Assembly (NCBI GenBank): GCA_028409275.1
Contig: JAOOML010000001.1
Span: forward strand, 1 to 58,274
DNA: 58,274 nucleotides
Source: Prochlorococcus sp. AH-716-I09
GTDB taxonomy: Bacteria; Cyanobacteriota; Cyanobacteriia; PCC-6307; Cyanobiaceae
Direction: 5' to 3'
Program-made: the position numbers and the translations under genes
Notes under the pieces: model-generated
What the model saw: the letters and a program-made list of their open reading frames with translations, nothing else
Told to the model about the DNA's origin: nothing
Databases searched by the model: none
Part shown: positions 1 through 20,087 of the stretch, one piece after another
Layout: every line of letters starts with the position of its first letter
How positions within the stretch are numbered: position 1 is the first letter of the stretch

Positions 1-1
1 T

Positions 2-1105
<1,104 letters not shown>

Positions 1106-1151
1106 ATCACCGATTGAAATTTAATAATCTATAAACTTAGTTAAAAAGATT

Positions 1152-1865
1152 TTGGATTCACAAACTCAAATGAAACAAATAGTTGCTGATGCAGCAATTA
1201 AGGAAGTAAAGAGTGACATGATACTCGGATTAGGATCTGGATCTACAGCTGCACTTATGATAAAAAGCCTCGCAGGTGAGATTCGTTCTGGAAAATTGCA
1301 AAATATAAAAGGCGTTGCAACTTCCTTTCAGTCAGAAGTTCTAGCTCTCGAACTCAATATCCCGCTTATTGATTTATCTTCTACATCTCAAATTGACTTA
1401 GCTATTGATGGGGCAGATGAAATTGATCCAGGATTTCAACTAATTAAAGGAGGAGGAGCATGTCATGTTAGAGAAAAGTTAGTAGCATCTAAAGCTGATC
1501 AATTATTAATAGTCGTTGATGAAACTAAATTAGTAAAAAATTTAAATAAATCTTTTCCTTTACCCGTGGAGGTGCTTCCAAATGCTTGGAAGCAAGTTCA
1601 GGACGTAATTTCAGAAATGAATGGCAAATCTATCTTAAGAATGGCTACAAAAAAAGCTGGCCCAGTAGTCACTGATCAAGGCAACTTAATTTTGGACGTA
1701 TTATTTAATGATGGTATTGAAAATCCAAAAGACCTTGAAATGAGTATTAATAATATTCCAGGAGTATTAGAAAATGGATTATTTGTTGATCTTACAGACA
1801 AAGTTTTGGTTGGCAGGATAGATAACGATATCCCAATCGTTTACTCTCCCTCAAAAGCTAGCTAA
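1152..1865 (+). CDS. rpiA: Ribose-5-phosphate isomerase A
   Basis: GLGSGST, DGADE and IKGGG motifs. Alternative ATG start at 1170. Confidence 0.96.
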   Translation: MDSQTQMKQIVADAAIKEVKSDMILGLGSGSTAALMIKSLAGEIRSGKLQNIKGVATSFQSEVLALELNIPLIDLSSTSQIDLAIDGADEIDPGFQLIKGGGACHVREKLVASKADQLLIVVDETKLVKNLNKSFPLPVEVLPNAWKQVQDVISEMNGKSILRMATKKAGPVVTDQGNLILDVLFNDGIENPKDLEMSINNIPGVLENGLFVDLTDKVLVGRIDNDIPIVYSPSKAS

Positions 1866-3148
1866 TTTTTAAATCTTATTTGTACTGAATTAGCATGACT
1901 ATGTAGGCCCTCACTTTTTGCAAGATTAATGATATCAAGACAATTAACTTTTAAACTTTCTTCGTTAAATTCTATTATTGAAGTATTTTTCATGAAAGTT
2001 TCAACTCCTAAAGAACCGCTAAATCTGGAATTGCCAGATGTGGGTAAAGTATGATTCGGTCCAGCTAAGTAATCTCCCACAGCTTCTGGAGTCCATTTCC
2101 CTAGAAATATTGCTCCTGCATTTTCAATGCCTTCAAGTATCTTTTTGGGATCATAAGCTAAAATTTCTAAGTGCTCAGGAGCAAAATTATTACTTAGTTC
2201 TATACATGATTGATAATTTTCACAAATCACAATTAATCCCCAGTTTTTTATTGATTGGAGGCATATTTCTTTTCTTGGATGATCATTTATTTTTTTGTAA
2301 AGTTCTTCTGAAACTTCTGTAGCCTGTTCTTTTGATGTAGTTAGAAGTATAGAGGAAGCTAAAGGATCATGTTCTGCTTGTGCTAATAAATCAGACGCTA
2401 TATGCGTGCTCTGTGCTGTTTCATCTGCAATTATTAATATTTCACTTGGACCAGCTAAAGAATCAATTCCAGTTGAGCCATAAATTAGTTTTTTGGCAGT
2501 TGTAACATAGATATTTCCAGGACCTGAAATAACATCAACTTTATCGATTTGATTTGTGCCGAATGCTAAAGCCCCTATTGCTTGAGCTCCTCCAATTCTT
2601 AAAACTTTATTGATTCCCGATAAGTGAGCTGCAGCTAAAACAGTTTTGTTTATTATCCCTTCTTTATTTCCAGGGGATACCATTATAATTTCATCTACTC
2701 CTGCCACGGTTGCTGGTATTGCATTCATTAGTACAGTACTTGGGTAGGCAGCTCTTCCTCCAGGAATATAAATACCTGCTTTTTTGACTGGTCTCCATTT
2801 CCTTTGGACTATGTCACCGTGTTTACCTTCTATGGTGAAAGATGGTGGAATTTCTTTTTCATGGAATTTTTTAATTCTATTATGGGCTACCTTAAGTGAG
2901 CGCTTTAAATCACTGTCAATTTCATCCCAAGCATTCTTTAAATCATTTGTACTAACTCTCATAGGTTTAGGGTTGTAACCGTCAAATTTTTTTGTATATT
3001 TTTCTATTGCTGCATCGCCATTAGTTTTTACTTCTAGAAGAATTTTTTCAACAATTTTATTAATTTTCTTATTGTTTTCTGAATTAGTTCGACTTGATAT
3101 CCTTTTTAATTCTTTGATAGCATCTTTTTTATCATTTATGATCTTCAT
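1862..3148 (-). CDS. hisD: Histidinol dehydrogenase
   Basis: [33 protein letters not shown] and GPNHTLPT motifs. Confidence 0.97.
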   Translation of the reverse strand: MKIINDKKDAIKELKRISSRTNSENNKKINKIVEKILLEVKTNGDAAIEKYTKKFDGYNPKPMRVSTNDLKNAWDEIDSDLKRSLKVAHNRIKKFHEKEIPPSFTIEGKHGDIVQRKWRPVKKAGIYIPGGRAAYPSTVLMNAIPATVAGVDEIIMVSPGNKEGIINKTVLAAAHLSGINKVLRIGGAQAIGALAFGTNQIDKVDVISGPGNIYVTTAKKLIYGSTGIDSLAGPSEILIIADETAQSTHIASDLLAQAEHDPLASSILLTTSKEQATEVSEELYKKINDHPRKEICLQSIKNWGLIVICENYQSCIELSNNFAPEHLEILAYDPKKILEGIENAGAIFLGKWTPEAVGDYLAGPNHTLPTSGNSRFSGSLGVETFMKNTSIIEFNEESLKVNCLDIINLAKSEGLHSHANSVQIRFKN

Positions 3149-3208
3149 ACTCTTGATTCTGTGAAAGGCTTAAAACCTAATTAAACAAACTAATTGAATT
3201 ATATATGA

Positions 3209-3238
3209 TTGATTAGTAGTCGATCTATTTGTTATGAT
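3209..3238 (+). promoter_or_regulatory. Candidate sigma70 promoter for rpsT-tatD
   Basis: TTGATT (3209-3214), 18-nt spacer, then TATGAT (3233-3238) preceded by TG (extended -10). The AT-rich background lowers specificity. Confidence 0.35.
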
Positions 3239-3264
3239 AAGAATTCTCTATTAATGTACCCTCT

Positions 3265-3558
3265 GTGGCCAATAACAAATCAGCAAAAAAGAGAATACAA
3301 ATTGCCGAAAGAAATCGTTTAATCAATAAATCATACAAATCCACAGTCAGAACTTTGACTAAAAAAACCTTGGAAAATTGTGAAAAATACAACAAAGAAC
3401 CTAATGAGAATAACAAAAATTTAGTGAAAACAAGTCTTAACAAAGCTTTTAGTTTAATTGATAAAGCAGTTAAAAAAAATGTTCTTCATAAGAATAATGG
3501 AGCTAATAAAAAATCAAAAATTAACAATTTTGTAAAAACTACTCTTACCAAGAAATAA
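3265..3558 (+). CDS. rpsT: 30S ribosomal protein S20
   Basis: MANNKSAKKRI...IDKAVKKNVLHKNNGA signature; GTG start. Confidence 0.97.
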   Translation: MANNKSAKKRIQIAERNRLINKSYKSTVRTLTKKTLENCEKYNKEPNENNKNLVKTSLNKAFSLIDKAVKKNVLHKNNGANKKSKINNFVKTTLTKK

Positions 3559-3575
3559 AACAACAGAAAATAATT

Positions 3576-4370
3576 ATGAGCGATGTTCAACTCATAGATT
3601 CTCACTGTCATTTAATATTCGACAATTTTGAGAAAGATCTACAAGATGTTGTTCTAAGATTACGCTCAAGAGGTGTGAAAAAATTAGTACATGCCTGTTG
3701 TGAATTAAATGAAATTCCTAAGTTAAAAGAAATTTCTCATAAGTTTAATGAAATCTATTATTCAGTTGGCTTGCATCCGCTTGAGGCAAAAAAATGGGAA
3801 CTAAGTTCCAAATCTATTTTAAGAAGGTCGGCTCAAGAAGATAGAAGAGTTGTGGCTATTGGAGAGTTAGGGCTTGATTTTTTTAAAAGTGCAAATAAAA
3901 CTGAGCAAATTGATGCTCTTATTCCACAAATGGAGTTAGCTTCAGAAATTGAATTGCCGGTAATTATCCACTGCAGAGATGCTGCAAATGAAATGATTGA
4001 GATATGTAATGATCTTTCCATAAAGGGTAAATGTCCCAAAGGTGTACTTCATTGTTGGACAGGAACCCCAAACGAAATGGAGAAATTCCTGGATCTTGGG
4101 TTTTATATCAGTTTTAGTGGAATAGTGACTTTCCCAAAAGCACATGAAATTCATGAGTGTGCCAAACTAGTCCCTAGTAATAAATATTTAATTGAAACTG
4201 ATTCACCCTTTTTAGCCCCTGTTCCTCATAGAGGGAAAAGAAATGAACCAGCATTTGTTGAAAATGTTGCAAATTGTATGGCAGATTTAAGATCTACTGA
4301 ATTCATTACAATCGCCAAAGAGTCTTCCAGGAATGCTGAAGATTTGTTTAAATTTGACTTGATAAGTTGA
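3576..4370 (+). CDS. tatD: TatD-family hydrolase/DNase
   Basis: IDSHCHL, GLHP, AIGELGLD, IIHCR, GVLHCW and ETDSPFLAP motifs. Confidence 0.94.
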   Translation: MSDVQLIDSHCHLIFDNFEKDLQDVVLRLRSRGVKKLVHACCELNEIPKLKEISHKFNEIYYSVGLHPLEAKKWELSSKSILRRSAQEDRRVVAIGELGLDFFKSANKTEQIDALIPQMELASEIELPVIIHCRDAANEMIEICNDLSIKGKCPKGVLHCWTGTPNEMEKFLDLGFYISFSGIVTFPKAHEIHECAKLVPSNKYLIETDSPFLAPVPHRGKRNEPAFVENVANCMADLRSTEFITIAKESSRNAEDLFKFDLIS

Positions 4371-4388
4371 CGGAGAAGCTGCTAATAT
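4359..4388 (+). promoter_or_regulatory. Candidate promoter for rpoB-rpoC1-rpoC2
   Basis: TTGATA (4359-4364), 18-nt spacer, then TGcTAATAT extended -10 (4380-4388), followed by a leader of about 210 nt. Confidence 0.3.
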
Positions 4389-4605
4389 TAGGAATTACTT
4401 GAAATTTTTCTTAATTTTTAGTTTTAACTTTCTCAGTTAGTAGTTCTCTGACCATTAAACTCAATTTTTTTGTTTTTATTAAATTGTTTTTTTGTTGAAA
4501 TCCAAATTTAATACTTGATTTCATATTAAAAGTAAAGTTAATCCACTAGTTATTGAGTAGATTGAAAGTAAATAGTAAATCTCACATAATCGCAGGTTTT
4601 CTTGC

Positions 4606-9842
<5,237 letters not shown>

Positions 9843-9849
9843 TCATTAA

Positions 9850-13977
<4,128 letters not shown>

Positions 13978-14003
13978 ATCTTATCTATTTTTAATTTTAA
14001 TGA

Positions 14004-14183
<180 letters not shown>

Positions 14184-14200
14184 AAATAGTTTTTAACTAA

Positions 14201-15259
<1,059 letters not shown>

Positions 15260-15328
15260 TACTATCTAAGGAAAATTTTTTAAAAGTATATTAAACAGGT
15301 TATTATTGACTAAATATGATTTAAATCT

Positions 15329-15454
15329 TTGGGTTTTATTAAGACAAAAATTTTACCTTTCGCTATCGTCGCACTTTTTGGAGTTGCCTTCTTTGCAGTT
15401 AGTGCAAGAATTTGGTTGCCAGGAGATATGATGTCTCCAGCCCCCATGAATTAA
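15329..15454 (+). CDS. Small hypothetical single-pass membrane protein, 41 aa
   Basis: Not in the ORF track. TTG start gives MGFIKTKILPFAIVALFGVAFFAVSARIWLPGDMMSPAPMN with one clear transmembrane helix. It is GC-richer than the flanks and fills the rlmN-HEAT gap in the same orientation. Confidence 0.7.
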   Translation: MGFIKTKILPFAIVALFGVAFFAVSARIWLPGDMMSPAPMN

Positions 15455-15472
15455 TATTTTTAGTTTTTAACA

Positions 15473-16240
15473 ATGACAAAAAATAAGGATCCTAATAAAA
15501 AAAGCTTAGTTGATATCACTGTTGATCCAGATGTTTTAGCGAGAGAATTGGCCTTAGAAATTGAAATAGATCCTTTAGAACAAATTGATGAAGATTCTTT
15601 TTCAAAAGGTTTAAACATAACTCAGGAGTGTAATGAAGCATTAAAAATGCTTAAAGGGAATAGAGAAGAAAGAATACAGGGATTAAGAATATTTTGTGAA
15701 TATAGAGATTCAAGATCTTTTCCCCTTTTATTACCCTTACTTAATCAACCTTGTCCTGTTGAAAGAATGAGTGTTGTATATGCTTTGGGTCGTAATCCAT
15801 GTCCTGGCGCGGTCGAGAAACTTGTTAGTCTTTTGGAGACTGACGATAATGCTTATGTCAGAAGAGCGACAGCATGGAGCTTAGCTAATTATGATAATCA
15901 AATTGTTTTGGAGCCATTAATAAAAGCTTTGAAGAACGATGTTGCTGCAGTAAGGTTATGGTCATCTAGTTCTTTAGCTGAAATCGGAAATGTTTCTTTG
16001 GAAAATGCTCAATTGGCAGCAGAACAACTTTTAATAAGTTTAAAAATAGATAATGAACCGGGTGTAAGAAGTAATTGCATCTGGTCATTATGTAGATTGT
16101 ACGAAAAATTAAATAATATATTTCAAGAAAGTTTCGTTGATGAATGTACCAAGATAGCTCTTTTCGACAAAGAACCCTCTGTTATGGAAGAAGCAAAGAC
16201 TGCCTTGGATTCAATGGGGATGCAAGGTTTTTATAACTAA
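15473..16240 (+). CDS. HEAT-repeat (PBS lyase-like) protein
   Basis: Repeated units such as ERMSVVYALG, YVRRATAWSLA, AVRLWSSSSLA and GVRSNCIWSL. Confidence 0.85.
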   Translation: MTKNKDPNKKSLVDITVDPDVLARELALEIEIDPLEQIDEDSFSKGLNITQECNEALKMLKGNREERIQGLRIFCEYRDSRSFPLLLPLLNQPCPVERMSVVYALGRNPCPGAVEKLVSLLETDDNAYVRRATAWSLANYDNQIVLEPLIKALKNDVAAVRLWSSSSLAEIGNVSLENAQLAAEQLLISLKIDNEPGVRSNCIWSLCRLYEKLNNIFQESFVDECTKIALFDKEPSVMEEAKTALDSMGMQGFYN

Positions 16241-16323
16241 ATTTCTTAATTTTTTTTTATTAGCACACTACTGAAAAAGTTTATTTATTAGATATTCAAT
16301 ATAAAAATTAAAATTAATTAACT

Positions 16324-16366
16324 TGTACCAACTGAAACAAAAAAATTTCGTTATTCTATATAAAGT
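16324..16366 (+). promoter_or_regulatory. Candidate NtcA-type activated promoter (GTA-N8-AAC, N22, TAAAGT)
   Basis: TGTACCAACTGAAACA at 16324-16339 has one mismatch to GTA-N8-TAC. A TA-N3-T box (TAAAGT, 16361-16366) follows 22 nt after it. Confidence 0.5.
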
Positions 16367-16390
16367 AAAAGTACTCAGTACTTGAATTTA

Positions 16391-16606
16391 ATGCCTCAAA
16401 AAACATTGAGATTCAAAATTCATCAAGACGGAAGAGTTGAAGAGACAGTAGAAGGTTTTACTGGTAATTCATGCGATGATGCCACAAGAAATCTTGAAGA
16501 CTCTCTTGGTAAAGTAACAGTCAAAAATAAAACTTCTGATGCTTTCATCTCTAATCAAATTGAAAAATTAAAACAATTCAACCACGAATCTAATGTCACA
16601 TTTTAG
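16391..16606 (+). CDS. DUF2997-family protein
   Basis: MPQKTLRFKIHQDGRVEETVEGFTGNSC...LEDSLG pattern, lying directly before a DUF1257 gene as is typical. Alternative TTG start at 16382. Confidence 0.82.
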   Translation: MPQKTLRFKIHQDGRVEETVEGFTGNSCDDATRNLEDSLGKVTVKNKTSDAFISNQIEKLKQFNHESNVTF

Positions 16607-16985
16607 TACAATTAAAACTCAGCTCAAAGAAGCAGAGCCATTAATTAAAGCCTTAAATAACCTTGGTTACATGATTAACCAAGAAGAGAAGTTTGTTAAA
16701 GGCTATAGAGGTAAGTTTACAGCTGTTGATATAAGTATGAATCTCCCTGGAGAGACTAAAGTTGGATTTAAATGGGATAATACTTCAAATTCATATGAGT
16801 TAGTTACTGATCTAGATCTGTGGAAATTCGAGCTCCCAGTAGAAAGATTTATCTCTAAGGTTACTCAAATGTATGCCTACGAAACAATTATTTCCAAAAC
16901 AAAAGAGGATGGTTATCAAATCGTAGAACAAAAAAACCAAAATGATGGCTCTATTGAATTGGTTTTAACCAAGTGGGATAACTAG
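16593..16985 (+). CDS. ycf35: DUF1257 / Ycf35-family protein
   Basis: MSHFSTIKT N-terminus, YELVTDLDLW, VTQMYA and DGSIELVL C-terminus. Confidence 0.87.
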   Translation: MSHFSTIKTQLKEAEPLIKALNNLGYMINQEEKFVKGYRGKFTAVDISMNLPGETKVGFKWDNTSNSYELVTDLDLWKFELPVERFISKVTQMYAYETIISKTKEDGYQIVEQKNQNDGSIELVLTKWDN

Positions 16986-16994
16986 TCTCATATT

Positions 16995-17354
16995 ATGGAT
17001 TTAACCGATCCATTCGATAGTCTTGGAGAAAATATTGAAATTTCAGGCTTTGAGCCAGTTTTGGGTGGTCAATTAGCCGAAAAAGCTGTTTGGGTTGATG
17101 AAGCTAAATGCATTGGTTGTCAATACTGTGTACACGTTGCTTCAAACACTTTCTTAGTTGACGAATTTCATGGTAGAAGTCGAGCAATCAGACAAGATGG
17201 TGATAGTGTTGATGTTATACAAGAGGCAATAGATACTTGCCCTGTTGATTGTATTCATTGGGTCAAGTTTGAAGAATTAAATGATTTAGAGAATAGCCTC
17301 GATAGGGACATGTTTCAATCATTTGGAAAACCACCAAGAATGAATAAGCATTAA
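16995..17354 (+). CDS. Bacterial-type single-cluster [4Fe-4S]/[3Fe-4S] ferredoxin (Fed7-like)
   Basis: VWVDEAKCIGCQYC and distal AIDTCPVDCIHWV. Confidence 0.88.
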   Translation: MDLTDPFDSLGENIEISGFEPVLGGQLAEKAVWVDEAKCIGCQYCVHVASNTFLVDEFHGRSRAIRQDGDSVDVIQEAIDTCPVDCIHWVKFEELNDLENSLDRDMFQSFGKPPRMNKH

Positions 17355-17365
17355 TTTTTTAAAAG

Positions 17366-18559
17366 ATGCAATATCGGAGATTTGGTAGAACCAATCTGAA
17401 AATCCCTATTTTATCTCTAGGTGGTATGAGATTTCAAAAAAGTTGGGAACAACTAGATTTTTCTGAGATTTCAAATGAAGAACAAAATAAAGTAGAAAAT
17501 ATTTTAAATCTAGCAAATAAATATGGCTTAAGTCATGTCGAAACTGCTAAGTATTATGGGACTTCTGAGGTGCAATTAGGAATGGCTTTTAAAAATATAG
17601 AAAAAATTCCAAACATTATTCAAACTAAGATCCCTCCAAATAGTGATCCAGAAATTTTTAAGAGAGATATTATGAAAAGTATTGAAAAATTAAAAGTTAA
17701 AAGAATTGATTTGTTAGCAATACATGGCATTAATACAGATGAACATTTACATCATGCTGTTAAAGATGGAGGTTGTATTGACATTTTAAGAAATTTGCAA
17801 AAAGAAAATTTAATTGGCTCTATTGGATTTTCAACTCATGGAAGATCTTCACTCATTGAGAAGGCTATATCAACAAACTTTTTTGATTATGTAAATTTGC
17901 ATTGGTATTTCATCAATCAAGAAAATACAAAGGTTATAAATTTGGCAAATAAGTATGATCTTGGGGTTTTTATAATAAGTCCCACTGATAAAGGGGGACA
18001 TCTTCATACTCCCTCAGACAAAATGTTGGAACTTTGTAAGCCACTTCATCCTATAGTTTTTAACGATCTTTTTTGCTTAAGGAATCAAAATGTCCATACT
18101 CTTAGTGTGGGTATAGCAAAAGAGGCAGATTTTGATTTGCATTTAGAAGCTGTCTCTTTGTTATCAGACTCTGAGAAGTATGTTCCGAAGATAATAAACA
18201 GATTAAGGCAGGAATCAATTAATTCTCTGGGTTTAGAGTGGCATCAAAATTGGAAAAGAAATTTGCCGAGTTGGGAATATACGCCAGGAAATATTAATAT
18301 TCCCGTTCTACTTTGGCTTTCAAATTTAATTGATTGGTTGGATATGGAAGGGTTTGCAAAAGCTAGATATCAATTGCTTGGTAATGGAAGTCATTGGTTT
18401 CCAGGAAATAACTCTAATTTGTTAGATACGGATGTTCCTGAAGTACAATTATTGAAAGTATTAGAAGGTCATATAAATCCAAAAAAAGTTATAAAAAAAT
18501 TGAGAACTTTAAAAGAAAAGTTTGGGGATAAGGTTTCTAAAAGATTATCAAAAAAATAA
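17366..18559 (+). CDS. Aldo/keto reductase-family oxidoreductase
   Basis: MQYRRFGRT...LSLGGMRF, ETAKYYG, QTK, DLLAIHG and IGFSTHG motifs. Confidence 0.88.
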   Translation: MQYRRFGRTNLKIPILSLGGMRFQKSWEQLDFSEISNEEQNKVENILNLANKYGLSHVETAKYYGTSEVQLGMAFKNIEKIPNIIQTKIPPNSDPEIFKRDIMKSIEKLKVKRIDLLAIHGINTDEHLHHAVKDGGCIDILRNLQKENLIGSIGFSTHGRSSLIEKAISTNFFDYVNLHWYFINQENTKVINLANKYDLGVFIISPTDKGGHLHTPSDKMLELCKPLHPIVFNDLFCLRNQNVHTLSVGIAKEADFDLHLEAVSLLSDSEKYVPKIINRLRQESINSLGLEWHQNWKRNLPSWEYTPGNINIPVLLWLSNLIDWLDMEGFAKARYQLLGNGSHWFPGNNSNLLDTDVPEVQLLKVLEGHINPKKVIKKLRTLKEKFGDKVSKRLSKK

Positions 18560-18561
18560 TT

Positions 18562-19275
18562 TCATAATGGATTTTTCTCAGGTTTGCCAACTTTTCTTGG
18601 GTAGATTTTAGGGCAAATATTTTTTGGTTGAATAAGAATAATATTTCGGGTACCTTTATTGCTTGGTAAGAATATCTTCTTTTTCTCTTTAAATTTTCCT
18701 TCTAATATTTCTAAAGTTTTATCTAGATTTTTATTTTCTTGATCAGTCCATTTACCACAATATAAAACCCCTAACCCTTCTTTTTTTAGCATTGGTAGTA
18801 TATATTCTGAAACTGTTGATGGATTACTCACTGCTCTAGTAGTAGCTATATTGAAACTATTTCGCATTGACGATTGATGGGCTAAGACCTCAATACGATC
18901 ATTAATTACATGAATATTGTTTTTGAAATTGATCTCTGTAATTAAGAATTTTAGAGCATCTGTTTTCTTTTTTGAAGAATCAACTAGGTATATTTCTGAA
19001 CTAGGATGAGTTATGGCATAAGCTAAACCGGGGAAGCCACAGCCTGATCCAATATCTAAAAATTTTTTATTATCAAAATTAATGTTCGGGAAAGTTTTAA
19101 AGGGCCAAATGCTGTCAAAAACTTGAGATACCCAATAATCATCACCATTAATTAATCTCGTTAAGTTTGTTTTATTATTTAATTCTTTAATTTTAATTTG
19201 TAATTCTTGAAACATAATTATCTCTTCTTCAGTTATTAAGGAAAAAATTTCTTCTGGAATGTTTTGTTTTTTCAT
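18562..19275 (-). CDS. rsmG: 16S rRNA (guanine527-N7)-methyltransferase
   Basis: NLTRL, DIGSGCGFPG, TTRAV and YPRKVGKPEKNPL. The ATG at 19275 is preferred; the ORF extends to 19302. Confidence 0.94.
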   Translation of the reverse strand: MKKQNIPEEIFSLITEEEIIMFQELQIKIKELNNKTNLTRLINGDDYWVSQVFDSIWPFKTFPNINFDNKKFLDIGSGCGFPGLAYAITHPSSEIYLVDSSKKKTDALKFLITEINFKNNIHVINDRIEVLAHQSSMRNSFNIATTRAVSNPSTVSEYILPMLKKEGLGVLYCGKWTDQENKNLDKTLEILEGKFKEKKKIFLPSNKGTRNIILIQPKNICPKIYPRKVGKPEKNPL

Positions 19276-19364
19276 TTCGTTATGAATATAAATTTTTACC
19301 ATTCATAAAATACATTCTATTTATTAAAAATTTATTAGAATTACAATATTAATAAAAGATTATT

Positions 19365-19805
19365 TTGAAAGGGAAAATTTCTTATTATAAAATTTTAGGT
19401 GTAGATGAAAATGCCTCAAATCATGAATTAAGAAAGGCATTTTGCAAACTTTCTATTGAGTTGCATCCCGATACAACTTCTTTAGAAATAGACGATGCTA
19501 AAAGTAAATTTCAAGAAGTTTTGGAAGCTTATGAAAATTTGAATAATAGTAATTTGAGGAAAATTTATGATAACAAACTAAAGGAAAAACTTAGAAGTAA
19601 GCATAATACTAAAGTTTTAAATAATTTAATAACCGATTCAAATAATCAAAATTTAGAGGGTAACAGAAGACCTTTTTCAAATGGGGAATTGTTTTCGTTA
19701 TTTCTTTTATTTATTATCATTTCTATTAGTTTGATTTGTTCAATTTTTATTGCCTCTTTTACTGGCAAAGAATTAGATACAATACCTATCTGGTTAGTAA
19801 AATGA
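19365..19805 (+). CDS. DnaJ (J)-domain protein with C-terminal transmembrane helix
   Basis: YYKILGV...ELHPD...FQEVLEAYENL J-domain; hydrophobic C-terminus. Confidence 0.88.
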   Translation: MKGKISYYKILGVDENASNHELRKAFCKLSIELHPDTTSLEIDDAKSKFQEVLEAYENLNNSNLRKIYDNKLKEKLRSKHNTKVLNNLITDSNNQNLEGNRRPFSNGELFSLFLLFIIISISLICSIFIASFTGKELDTIPIWLVK

Positions 19806-19821
19806 TACTTTAAAAAAGTTT

Positions 19822-20079
19822 GTGAATCTCCCAAAAAAACCAATTAACCAACATTCACTGCATTCACTGGAATTGTGGCTAACTGATTTAGGTGCTGTGA
19901 AGGATGTTAATAATCCATCTAAATGGTACCTGTTACTTTCTAATTGGAATGCAACTATTGTTTTTGAACAAGAAGATTTAAGTGTTATATGGGAAAGTGA
20001 AGAACAAGAAACTAAAAGACTATTTTCATACTGCATTAATAGAGAAGATGTGGAAAATGCAATACTGCAGGGACCTTAA
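19822..20079 (+). CDS. Conserved cyanobacterial protein (DUF3143-like)
   Basis: P-x-NQHSLHSLELWLTDLGA and REDVENAILQGP pattern; GTG start. Confidence 0.75.
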   Translation: MNLPKKPINQHSLHSLELWLTDLGAVKDVNNPSKWYLLLSNWNATIVFEQEDLSVIWESEEQETKRLFSYCINREDVENAILQGP

Positions 20080-20087
20080 ATTTCTAT

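Noticed and set aside
3225-3443. 72-aa hydrophobic minus-strand ORF
   Set aside because: It is antisense to Lys-rich rpsT, and its hydrophobicity comes from the complement of A-rich codons.
19646-20036. Two minus-strand ORFs (65 and 80 aa)
   Set aside because: They overlap the J-domain and DUF3143-like genes on the opposite strand.
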